Part shown: piece after piece, positions 35,428-43,983 of the stretch
Numbering within the stretch: the stretch's first letter is position 1
Layout: the number at the start of each line of letters is the position of its first letter
From: Dehalococcoidia bacterium
Lineage (GTDB): Bacteria > Chloroflexota > Dehalococcoidia > Lucifugimonadales > UBA3495
Length of the DNA stretch: 64,000 nucleotides
Direction of reading: 5' to 3'
Assembly: GCA_965203195.1 (NCBI GenBank)
Contig: OZ241860.1
Span: forward strand, 642,334 to 706,333
Program-made: the position numbers and the translations under genes
The notes under the pieces: generated by a model
Seen by the model: the letters and a program-made list of their open reading frames with translations, nothing else
What the model was told of the DNA's origin: nothing
Database searches by the model: none

Positions 35428-38004
35428 CTAGGCGGCGAACTGGTTCAAGGATATGTAACCCTTAATGTATTCGGGTATGGCGATGCGGTACTGCTCCGGC
35501 ACCTGGCGCAGTTGCTCCAGGTTGAATTCGGGGTTGGTGGCCAGGTCGGTGAACTCCCGGCGGTCGATGATGTCCCGCATCCGGTTGCTGGCGGCGTAGG
35601 ATTTGAAGAAGGCGCGCATTGCCGGCAGGCTGGTGGCGGCGTCAACCTCAACCCGGCGGTCGGCGACGAACTTGGCGAACTCCTCATCCAGCAGTTCGTC
35701 TTTGGACTTGAACCTGGGTATCAGCTCAAAGACCAGTGACAGTATCTCTTTAATGTCCAAACGGCGGTCGGCGGCGACGGCGCGGCGCAGTTTTTCCAGC
35801 GTGTAGTAATCCTCGGGCCGGTTCAGCACTTCCCGGTTCACATAGTCAATCACGCTGTCCCATTGCCCGTCATCCACCGCCCGGGCGATAAAGGCGTCGT
35901 TCCGCACAGTATCGGCAAAGCGGTCAAAGAACATCCGGTCAATCCGCATTCCCTGGTAGCCAATCTGCCGCTCGCTGATGGACGCCAGGGCGTCGGCGCC
36001 GCGATGGATGTACACGCCGGGCGGCGGATGAGGCCCGCCGGCGTCGTTGCCGTTGCCGTTGTCGCCGCCGCTGCCCTGGCGGGGGAGCGCCAGTGTTTCG
36101 TCGTAGTTGAATTCGGTCTCAAAATACTCGCAATTGGCGAAGAAGTCAAAGAGCTTGAAGGCCGTCTTTTCGGCGGTTCCGGTGTCCGCCGGCCGGCTTT
36201 CGTCTTGCCGGCTTTCGTCTTGCCGGCCGGAGTTCCGCAGCAGGTCCAGGAAGTTATGGCGCCGGGTGCCGCGCCCCTTGATTTGGATAAAGTCGGTGGG
36301 CGAAAAGACGGGCCGGAACAGGCCCAGGTTCAGCAGGTCGGGGCAGTCGTAGCCGGTGGTCATCATTCCTACGGTGACGCACAAGCGCGCCTTGCTGGTG
36401 CGATATTCCGGCAGAAAGTTGCCGGCGCCCAGCAGGTTGTTGTTGGCGAACCGGATGGCGAGCTGCTGCGCTTCCGGAACCTGCGAAGTAACCTGCACCG
36501 CAAAGTCCGACTGATACTTGCCGGGATACATCAGGTGGGCGATTTCGTTGAATATGTTGGTCAGCCGGGCGGCATGGCTTTGGCTGACGGCAAAGACAAC
36601 CGACTTGCCGATTTCGCCGCTCACCGGATCCAGCAGGGCGTTTTCCAGAAAGGTCCGGCAGAAGAGACGGTTGGTGTCCGCGGAGAAGAATCGGTTCTCA
36701 AAGTCCCGATGTTCGTAGCTTTCCGTGCCCTCAGCTCCGGTTTCCTGGTCGGTGAATGCAACCCGGAAACCCTGTTGGGAGAGCAGCTGCGTAGTGGTGT
36801 CGGTGCGGGCGTCCACTACGATGGGGTTGATCAGCACGCCGTCCCGTACGCCGTCCACCAGTGAGTAGCGGAAAGTGGGTTCGCCGCTTTCGCAGCCGAA
36901 AGTGCGGTAGGTGTCCAGCAGCAGCCGGCGCTCTTTTGCGCGCGGGTCATCTGCTGCCGCTACTGCCGGCGCGCCGCGCAGGTAGTCGCGGGGCGTTGCG
37001 GTCAGCCCCAGCTTGTACCCCACGAAATAGTCAAACACGGCGCGGGCGTTGCCGCTGATGGAACGGTGCGCTTCGTCCGAAATCACCAGGTCAAAATCCG
37101 TGGGCGAAAACAGATCCCGGTACTTGTTGTTGAACAGCAGCGACTGGACGGTAGTGACCACGATTTCGGCGCGCCGCCAGTCATCCCGCCGTTCCTTGTA
37201 AATCACGGCGGTGAAGTCATTGGCGAGCAGATCGCGAAACACCTTGTCCGCCTGGTTTTCCAGTTCCAGCCGGTCCACCAGGAACAGAACCCGCCGCGCG
37301 TTGCCCGTCCGCAGAAACAGTTTGATGACGGCGGCGGCTACCAGCGTTTTGCCGGCGCCGGTAGCCATTTCAAACAGAAAGCGGTCATTGCCGGCGTGGA
37401 CGGCCCGCTGCAAGGCGTGGACGGCGCGCAGCTGGTAGTCGCGCAGGAAACGCAGCCCGCGCTCCCGGATGAAGCCGGGGCGTTCCGCGGCGTTGCGCCA
37501 GGCGGCTTGCGCGGCATAACTGGCGTACTGCGTCAATGCGATATAGTCGTCGTCAACTCTTTCGTCCACCAGCCGCTGCGGGTTGGGCGTAATCCGCCGG
37601 TATCGGCCTACCGAGTCGGGCGCCGGAAACGCGGTGATGATGTGGGGGCTGCCGCGTTTCAGATCCCAGAAGTAATGCAGGTTGCCGTTGGATAATATGA
37701 CGAACCGGCAGTTCAGCGCGCGGGCGTAGCGGCGGGCCTGCTCCTTGCCGGCCAGGGGTTCTATCGCTTCCGACTTGGCTTCCAGTACTACCAACGGGAA
37801 GCCGCGGTCGTCCAGCAGCAGGAAGTCGACGAACCCTCTGGGGTTGCCCTCAAAATCGGCGCCCAGTCCGTCCAGGTCGGAGCGGGACAGGGCTGCATTC
37901 GGTTCCAGACGGATGTTGGCCGGCCCGTTGTCGTCGTCAAAGAACTTCCAGCCGGCCGCTTTCAGCATCCGGTTGATTTTAATGCGGGCAGTGGCTTCGT
38001 TCAT
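35428..38004 (-). CDS. hsdR: Type I restriction enzyme R subunit (HsdR-like SF2 helicase-nuclease)
   Basis: Start at MNEATARIKINR. N-terminal nuclease core FVDFLLLDD...VVLEAKSE, helicase motif I MATGAGKT and motif II DEAH (VISDEAHRS). 858 aa. Confidence 0.85.
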   Translation of the reverse strand: MNEATARIKINRMLKAAGWKFFDDDNGPANIRLEPNAALSRSDLDGLGADFEGNPRGFVDFLLLDDRGFPLVVLEAKSEAIEPLAGKEQARRYARALNCRFVILSNGNLHYFWDLKRGSPHIITAFPAPDSVGRYRRITPNPQRLVDERVDDDYIALTQYASYAAQAAWRNAAERPGFIRERGLRFLRDYQLRAVHALQRAVHAGNDRFLFEMATGAGKTLVAAAVIKLFLRTGNARRVLFLVDRLELENQADKVFRDLLANDFTAVIYKERRDDWRRAEIVVTTVQSLLFNNKYRDLFSPTDFDLVISDEAHRSISGNARAVFDYFVGYKLGLTATPRDYLRGAPAVAAADDPRAKERRLLLDTYRTFGCESGEPTFRYSLVDGVRDGVLINPIVVDARTDTTTQLLSQQGFRVAFTDQETGAEGTESYEHRDFENRFFSADTNRLFCRTFLENALLDPVSGEIGKSVVFAVSQSHAARLTNIFNEIAHLMYPGKYQSDFAVQVTSQVPEAQQLAIRFANNNLLGAGNFLPEYRTSKARLCVTVGMMTTGYDCPDLLNLGLFRPVFSPTDFIQIKGRGTRRHNFLDLLRNSGRQDESRQDESRPADTGTAEKTAFKLFDFFANCEYFETEFNYDETLALPRQGSGGDNGNGNDAGGPHPPPGVYIHRGADALASISERQIGYQGMRIDRMFFDRFADTVRNDAFIARAVDDGQWDSVIDYVNREVLNRPEDYYTLEKLRRAVAADRRLDIKEILSLVFELIPRFKSKDELLDEEFAKFVADRRVEVDAATSLPAMRAFFKSYAASNRMRDIIDRREFTDLATNPEFNLEQLRQVPEQYRIAIPEYIKGYISLNQFAA

Positions 38005-38038
38005 CTTGGGCGCCCCTGAAAGGCCAGGCACTGTGCCG

Positions 38039-38066
38039 ATTCTACAACCGCCGGGCCGCCTGTCAA
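38039..38066 (-). promoter_or_regulatory. candidate sigma-70 promoter for hsdR-hsdMS
   Basis: Minus strand: TTGACA, 16-nt spacer, TAGAAT. It ends 35 nt upstream of the hsdR ATG. Confidence 0.5.
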
Positions 38067-38144
38067 CGCTCCCGGGCCCAACTGCCCCGCCTGCTGTGCC
38101 GCGCGGCCAAAGCGAAGGGGGTATGCAGTCCTGGCGGCCGTTGA

Positions 38145-38246
38145 GGGCTGCCAGGGCGCGCCAGTCGCCGGGATCTGCGCTCGCTCAACGACGCCGGCAT
38201 CGACCTGGTGTGCATTGACCCGCCCTTTGACCGGAATGAGGATTGA
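38145..38246 (+). pseudogene. relic of a DNA methyltransferase (DPPF motif fragment)
   Basis: A short frame bounded by stop codons reads GLPGRASRRDLRSLNDAGIDLVCIDPPFDRNED*. It resembles the ..LRSLPD.S[VI]DL[IV].[TI]DPP[YF] region of N4/N6 methyltransferases. Confidence 0.35.
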
Positions 38247-38333
38247 CGGCCGCAGCGCAAGGCGTGGCTATCCCGTGATATTATTGGTGGGGCAGTGGTC
38301 CGGTCAAACTGCCTGTTCCTGTCCCGAGCGATT

Positions 38334-39539
38334 ATGAATGCTGCCGCCGACAACCATCCCGCAACGCCGGCGCCGGCATCCGCCAGCGCCGGTCAGCGCG
38401 CCACCGCCCGCGTGCCGGTGGCGCCGGTCGTGTTGCGCTGGGCGATGGCGCGCTCCGGCAAAGACCCGGCGGCGCTGCATCAGCGATTCGTCAAGTTGGA
38501 CGCCTGGGAACGGGGCGAAACAGCCCCTACCCTCCATCAGCTGGAGGATTTCGCCAGGGCCACTTATGTGCCCGTGGGCTATCTGTTCCTCCCGGAACCG
38601 CCGGATGAGGAAATGCCAATCCCCGACCTGCGTACCATTGACGGCCAGGGCGTCGGACATCCCAGCGCCAACCTGCTGGACACCATTTACATCTGCCAGC
38701 GGCGGCAGGATTGGTATCGCGAGTATGCGCTGTCCATCGGAGAGGAGCCGCTGGCCTTTATCGGCTCGGCAAGCCTCAACAGCCCGGCCGGGGAGACGGC
38801 CGCCAGGATGCGGCAGGATTTGAACCTGGACACCGATAGGTGGCGCCGGCACTCCGGTTGGGAGGAATCCATGCGGGATTTTATTGACCAGGTTGAGGAC
38901 GCCGGCATACTGGTGATGGTCAGCGGCATTGTGGGCAATAATACCAGACGGAAGCTGGAACCGCAGGAGTTTCGCGGGTTTGCGCTGTGCGACGATCTGG
39001 CTCCGCTGGTGTTTATCAACAATGCCGATGCCAGGGCGGCGCAGATGTTCACGCTGGCCCACGAACTGGCGCACTTGTGGCACGGGGTATCGGCTCTCTC
39101 CGATGCCAGCCCAAGGCCGGCGCCGGATCGTCGTGTGGAAGCGTGGTGCAACGGCGTGGCGGCAGAACTGCTGCTGCCGCTGGCAGAACTGGAGCAAATC
39201 CTGCCACCCGGCAGCAACCCGGTAGATGAAATCCAAAATATCCGGCGTCGTTTTAAGGTTAGCAGTCTGGTCGTCTTGCGCTGTCTTTATGAAGCCGGCC
39301 GGCTGTCCGATGACGAATTTGAGCAGGCTTATGATACCGAGCGGCAACGGATTCGGCCCCAGTCAGGCAGTGGTGGCAACTTTTACCCGACACTGATGGC
39401 GCGGGTAGGTCGTCGCTTCGCGCTAGCGGTGGTGCGAAACGCTGCCGCCGGCGAAACCCTGTACCGGGACGCTTACGGGCTCCTCGGCATCAAAAAAACG
39501 GCCACTTTCAACGAACTGCGCGCGCAGTTAGGATGTTAG
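38334..39539 (+). CDS. XRE-type HTH + ImmA/IrrE family metallopeptidase
   Basis: Start at MNAAADN. An HTH-like N-terminal region is followed by the zinc motif HELAHLWHG (HExxH). 401 aa. Confidence 0.75.
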   Translation: MNAAADNHPATPAPASASAGQRATARVPVAPVVLRWAMARSGKDPAALHQRFVKLDAWERGETAPTLHQLEDFARATYVPVGYLFLPEPPDEEMPIPDLRTIDGQGVGHPSANLLDTIYICQRRQDWYREYALSIGEEPLAFIGSASLNSPAGETAARMRQDLNLDTDRWRRHSGWEESMRDFIDQVEDAGILVMVSGIVGNNTRRKLEPQEFRGFALCDDLAPLVFINNADARAAQMFTLAHELAHLWHGVSALSDASPRPAPDRRVEAWCNGVAAELLLPLAELEQILPPGSNPVDEIQNIRRRFKVSSLVVLRCLYEAGRLSDDEFEQAYDTERQRIRPQSGSGGNFYPTLMARVGRRFALAVVRNAAAGETLYRDAYGLLGIKKTATFNELRAQLGC

Positions 39540-39543
39540 CCCG

Positions 39544-40062
39544 ATGGCCTACGTCGTGGACAGCAACGGCTTTATTCAAGCCGACAATCTTTATTACAGC
39601 AGGGATTTCTGCCCGGCGTACTGGGATTGGCTACAAGCAGAGGGGCAAGCCGGCCGGGTTATCAGCATAGACCGGGTCTATACCGAAATTCAGGCGAAAC
39701 AGGATGACCTCGCTCAGTGGGCGTCCCGGCCGGAAGTGCGCGGCCTGTTCCTGCCTTCCGGCGATGCGGCAACGGTGGCAGCTTTCAGGCGTATCGTTGC
39801 TTGGGTGCAATCCCGCCAGCGCAATGACGGCAGCCAATTTTACCGCAATGCGGCGCGGAACGATTTCTTTGGCGGCGGGGCGGATCCATACCTCATTGCC
39901 TACGCCCTGGCGCAAGGTCATACCGTTGTAACCGTAGAAGGCAACAACCCGGCGAACCGGAGCAAAGCCCTCATTCCGGTCGTTTGCGACGGACTTGATG
40001 TAGAATGGGTTTCGATTTTTGATCTGCTGCGTCGCGAACAGGCCCGGTTTGTGCTGGGCTGA
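39544..40062 (+). CDS. DUF4411 family (PIN-like) protein
   Basis: 172 aa. The N-terminus MAYVVDSNGFIQADNLYYSRDFCPAYWDWL is typical of DUF4411. It starts 4 nt after the ImmA-like stop. Confidence 0.65.
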   Translation: MAYVVDSNGFIQADNLYYSRDFCPAYWDWLQAEGQAGRVISIDRVYTEIQAKQDDLAQWASRPEVRGLFLPSGDAATVAAFRRIVAWVQSRQRNDGSQFYRNAARNDFFGGGADPYLIAYALAQGHTVVTVEGNNPANRSKALIPVVCDGLDVEWVSIFDLLRREQARFVLG

Positions 40063-40122
40063 CGCGCGCGCGCATTGTTCGTCCGCCGCAGCCGCGCTAC
40101 CGCCCAGGCAGGAGGCCGCCTT

Positions 40123-41358
40123 ATGTTTCTGATGCGTTTTACCGAGCGCGCCTATGTGAACTACACCGAGGAGGATGTCCGCAATTCCCCCAACCAGGCG
40201 GTGCGCCTCACCTTCTCCAACGCCAACTTCGACCCCCAGGAAGGGCACATCCTCTACAATATGTACCTGGACGAGTACCAGTACTCGGAGGAAGTGGGCT
40301 TTGACGGCCTGATGCTCAACGAGCATCACAACACCCCCACCTGCCTGGGCGCCACGATGAACCTGGAGGCGGCCATCCTGGCGCGCACTACCCAGAAGCC
40401 CAAAATCGTCCTGCTGGGCAACCCGCTGCCCATCTTTGACAATCCCATCCGGCTGGCCGAGGAACTGGCGGAGATTGATATGATTTCCGGCGGCCGGCTG
40501 GTGTCGGGCTTCGTGCGCGGCACCGGCGTGGAGAGCCTGGCCACCAACACCAACCCTCTGCACAACCGGGAACGGTTTGAGGAAGCCCACGACCTGGTGC
40601 TCAAAACCTGGACTACCCCCGGCCCCTTCCGCTGGGAGGGCAACCACTATCACTTCCGCGTGGTCAATCCCTTCCAGACGCCGCTGCAAAAGCCGCACCC
40701 GCCCATCTGGATACCCGGCACCGGCAGCCCGGAGACGCTGGTGTGGTGCGCCGAGCGCAACTATCCTTACATTTTCCTGGAAACCGACCCGCAAGGGACG
40801 CAGGATATGAAGGCCATCTACGCCGAAACCGCCCGCGAACACGGCTACGAACCGGGGCCGGAAAACTTCGGCTACCTGGTGCGGATTCACGTGCAGGACA
40901 CCGACGAAAAGGCGTATGATGTGGGCAAGGGGTATATGGTGGGCAACATTGGCGTGGGGCGCATTCCCCTGCCGCGGGATTACGCCTCGCCGGTGGGCTA
41001 CGGCAGCCGCAGCAACGACCCGCGCTTCCTGCGTCTGCGCGAGCAGATACGCAGCGACCCCTTCCGGGTGGGCGGCCTGGACGGCGCGCAGTACGACGCC
41101 ATCCTGGACTCGCGGCGCTGGATCATCGGCAGCCCGGATACGGTCATCAGCCAGCTGCGGGAAGTGCTGAGCTTTATGCGCCCCGGCATCCTGGCGGTGT
41201 GGACCAACGACGGTGCCATCAGCCACGAGGACACTATGCGCTGCCTGGAGCTGATGGGACAGGAGGTGCTGCCGGCCCTGCGGGAAATCGGCGAGGAACT
41301 GGAGCTGACCGACCCGTTCCAAAAGGAAGGCGCTCAGCCGGGAGTAAGCGCCGGCTGA
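40123..41358 (+). CDS. LLM class flavin-dependent oxidoreductase
   Basis: Start at MFLMRFTERAY. Motifs LNEHHNT and DMISGGRL. Paralogue of 20949..22172 and 49818..50945. Confidence 0.8.
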   Translation: MFLMRFTERAYVNYTEEDVRNSPNQAVRLTFSNANFDPQEGHILYNMYLDEYQYSEEVGFDGLMLNEHHNTPTCLGATMNLEAAILARTTQKPKIVLLGNPLPIFDNPIRLAEELAEIDMISGGRLVSGFVRGTGVESLATNTNPLHNRERFEEAHDLVLKTWTTPGPFRWEGNHYHFRVVNPFQTPLQKPHPPIWIPGTGSPETLVWCAERNYPYIFLETDPQGTQDMKAIYAETAREHGYEPGPENFGYLVRIHVQDTDEKAYDVGKGYMVGNIGVGRIPLPRDYASPVGYGSRSNDPRFLRLREQIRSDPFRVGGLDGAQYDAILDSRRWIIGSPDTVISQLREVLSFMRPGILAVWTNDGAISHEDTMRCLELMGQEVLPALREIGEELELTDPFQKEGAQPGVSAG

Positions 41359-41514
41359 CCCCGTTTGCCCGACATATGCAAAGTGGGTCGCGCGAGGCCG
41401 GAATGGAAACGCTACCAGCCGGGGCACCGGGGGTTGACGCCGCCGCCGGCGCGCCGCTAGTGTAGCCCCATCGCAGTTTTTTTGATGCGCCTCCGGGCCG
41501 GGAGCAGAGGATAT

Positions 41515-41892
41515 ATGAGCAGGGCAATGTCCAGCCGGATACGGCCGGCGTTCTGGTGGGCGGCAGTGGTTTTGGTGACGGTTCTGGCGGCGTTGGCCGT
41601 CGTGCCGGCAACAGCGGAGGCGCAGGCGGGGCCGCTGGGCAACCCCGCCGGGCTGACGGTGGAGCCCGGCCCCGGCGTGGGCGCGGTTACTCTCGCCTGG
41701 ACGCCGGCCCCCAACGCCGCTGCGCAGGCGGTGTGGTCGGTGCGCGCCGACGGCTCCGGCAGCCGGTGGCACAACGCCGCCGGCGACGCCAATACCCTCG
41801 CCATAGATGGCCTGGAAGCCACCGGCGGGGACAGCGCGGGATGGCGAATAGGCCGGGGCGACTACGGCCAGCCTCATCAGCAGCAGAAGTAG
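41515..41892 (+). CDS. small secreted protein with FN3-like domain
   Basis: Start at MSRAMSS behind an AGAGGA RBS. Signal peptide ...AVVPATAEAQA, then the FN3-like segment LTVEPGPGVGAVTLAWTP. Confidence 0.5.
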   Translation: MSRAMSSRIRPAFWWAAVVLVTVLAALAVVPATAEAQAGPLGNPAGLTVEPGPGVGAVTLAWTPAPNAAAQAVWSVRADGSGSRWHNAAGDANTLAIDGLEATGGDSAGWRIGRGDYGQPHQQQK

Positions 41893-41913
41893 TACCAAAA
41901 TTCAAAAATAAAC

Positions 41914-41952
41914 CCCAAAATGCCCGCCATCCTTGACGACAGGCATTTTGGG
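41914..41952. repeat. perfect 11-bp inverted repeat (cccaaaatgcc / ggcattttggg) with 17-nt spacer
   Basis: Read directly from the sequence. The spacer contains the -35 box of the downstream promoter. As RNA it could also terminate the 41515..41892 transcript, since a moderately U-rich tail follows. Confidence 0.8.
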
Positions 41953-41961
41953 ATTTATGAT
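41933..41961 (+). promoter_or_regulatory. near-consensus sigma-70 promoter for the 41998->44897 operon
   Basis: TTGACG, 17-nt spacer, TATGAT, within an A/T-rich intergenic stretch. It ends 36 nt upstream of the ATG at 41998. Confidence 0.55.
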
Positions 41962-41997
41962 TTCAGCAGTCAATTTCACCAGCGAGAGGAGGGCATC

Positions 41998-43983
41998 ATG
42001 GCTATCGGAGCAGCTCGGGTAATGGCCGCCGGCAAGGCTGGCCTGGAAAGCCTGCCGATTTTCGTGGACGAGCTCATGGCGCAGGGTATCCCCCAACTCG
42101 CGCCGTGGGCGATTGACCACAGCCAGGACCAGATCGACGAGCTGCGCGCGATGACGTGGGAGCGGGTAAAAGGGAGCTGGCAATCCTTGTTTGGAATCGG
42201 CGTATCGGCGCCTGGCATAACCATGGACGCGGATACTGCACCGAACCGTCGCCTGCTCTTGCTGGAAAATCCTCTGGCTGCTGAAGCCACCGAGCTGGCG
42301 GACTCGCCGGCGCAGCTCGGCGTGTGGTGCCGCCGGCAGCTGGGCGCAATCTGCCGGGACACCGAAAATATATGGGAACACTACAAGGCCGTGAACGGAC
42401 TGACAAGCTCTTACCAGCTGGCCGTGGTGATTCCCTACTGCCCGGAGGGACCGACTTCGGGAACCGTCGGTATGTACTTGGGCGCGGCGTTGCGTGAACA
42501 TTTCAAAAATGAAGGCAAATCCGATGAACTGGTCGTGTGGGGCGTTGAACTCTGTCCGCCGATAGGTTCGGGAGGTTCCGGTGGGATGGACCGGCTGGCG
42601 GTTCAGAACGCTTTCCGCGGCTATGTCGCCCGCCAGGAACTGATAGCAGGCGTGCCTCTGTCGGAACAGGAAAACGATACCAAGCGGCACCAGTGCTTTG
42701 ACATCAACATCGTTTTTGACGGTGGTACGGCTAGGTTGCCCACTGCGTCAGGGCCGGAGGTAATATGGCAGGCTATTGACCGGGCCGCGGCGCAAGTCAC
42801 TGCCTGCCTGCTCAATGGCGCCGGCGGTGGTGACAAACCTGAGGCCACCGTACAGTTAAAGCAGGGGCAGCGCTGGAACGCTCACTTGGCGCACGTGGTC
42901 TCGGAACTGTCTTACGAACACGCCAGCCGCTATCTCACCTACCAGGTGACTTTGCCCTGGCATCGCGACCCGGAAGCTTGGGAAAACGCATCGGTCGTGG
43001 TGCGCAAAGACGCTTTGCTGTATCGCATCGACAATGACATCAAACCGCGCCTACAGTACGAACAGAATGCCATCGTCAAGAAACACTTCCAGGATCTGGC
43101 GGGGCAAGCTGACAAAATGGCCGGCATTGATATAAAAGGCAAGTGGAATAACCTTCTGACGAGAAATCGAGAAAAGGCACTGGAGGAGCTTAAAGGATTG
43201 CTCGAACGGGCTGTGCACGACGACCAACTCAATTACTTGGAAGTCCGCACTGATCCCGAAAGGATTATTGCCCGGAGCGACCTTTTCTGCATCAACCTGG
43301 TGCTTCCGGAGGAACAGCGGCATCAAGCGGCACTGATACAGCGGGACAACGGCATACCCGGGCCCATTGCCGACGTACTGGGGGACGCCGGCGTCACAGA
43401 TGTGCGAGGGCGGCTCACCACACTTTGCCGCGAGGTTCTGACTCGGAAAGACTGTGACCCAGTGGAGGCCGATTCCGAAGCGTTTTATCACGAAGTGATG
43501 TCCATATCAGTTGCCGACGGCAGCCGCGACAGCAATAACGGTTTCCGGCCCTCACGCGAGTTCCTGAACTATTTCATCGCCGCTGACCGGCGCGGCGTTC
43601 CCGGCGCGTTTTCGGAGCTGTTTTTTGACCTGAACAAGGTCATCCCCCGTCAACAGTCTGGCGATGACAGGCCAACACAGCCGGCGACTCTGATGTGGCG
43701 GTTGAGCGACGGGGATTATGATGTGCCAGTGGAGTATAGCATTCTGACGCTGGCGCGCGTCAACAGTGACGACGGTTTCAAAGACATCAGCACCTACCAG
43801 GAACTCAAGGAGAATTACGACAAGCTTACCGGCGACCGGGAAGGCTGGCGGGAATACGCCCGTTATTACGGTATAAAGCCGCCACCCGAATTGTTGTCGA
43901 ATGAAACGCCGCGGTCGCCTGTTGCCGAACCCGGCGTGAATGGCCAGCCGGCCCGCACATTTGTAGCAGGGGGAACCGCATAA
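41998..43983 (+). CDS. 661-aa hypothetical protein with a tubulin/FtsZ-like glycine-loop motif (family not recognised)
   Basis: Start at MAIGAARV behind a GGAGG RBS. It has a beta-strand/Gly-loop/helix segment, LAVVIPYCPEGPTSGTVGMYLGAALREHF, and a second Gly run, PPIGSGGSGG. There is no Walker lysine and no other catalytic motif. GC is lower than in the flanking core genes. Confidence 0.7.
   Translation: MAIGAARVMAAGKAGLESLPIFVDELMAQGIPQLAPWAIDHSQDQIDELRAMTWERVKGSWQSLFGIGVSAPGITMDADTAPNRRLLLLENPLAAEATELADSPAQLGVWCRRQLGAICRDTENIWEHYKAVNGLTSSYQLAVVIPYCPEGPTSGTVGMYLGAALREHFKNEGKSDELVVWGVELCPPIGSGGSGGMDRLAVQNAFRGYVARQELIAGVPLSEQENDTKRHQCFDINIVFDGGTARLPTASGPEVIWQAIDRAAAQVTACLLNGAGGGDKPEATVQLKQGQRWNAHLAHVVSELSYEHASRYLTYQVTLPWHRDPEAWENASVVVRKDALLYRIDNDIKPRLQYEQNAIVKKHFQDLAGQADKMAGIDIKGKWNNLLTRNREKALEELKGLLERAVHDDQLNYLEVRTDPERIIARSDLFCINLVLPEEQRHQAALIQRDNGIPGPIADVLGDAGVTDVRGRLTTLCREVLTRKDCDPVEADSEAFYHEVMSISVADGSRDSNNGFRPSREFLNYFIAADRRGVPGAFSELFFDLNKVIPRQQSGDDRPTQPATLMWRLSDGDYDVPVEYSILTLARVNSDDGFKDISTYQELKENYDKLTGDREGWREYARYYGIKPPPELLSNETPRSPVAEPGVNGQPARTFVAGGTA

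Noticed and set aside
39631-41898. 755-aa ORF on the minus strand
   Set aside because: It is antisense to the DUF4411, LLM oxidoreductase and FN3-like genes. It has a shadow-ORF composition and no recognisable domain.
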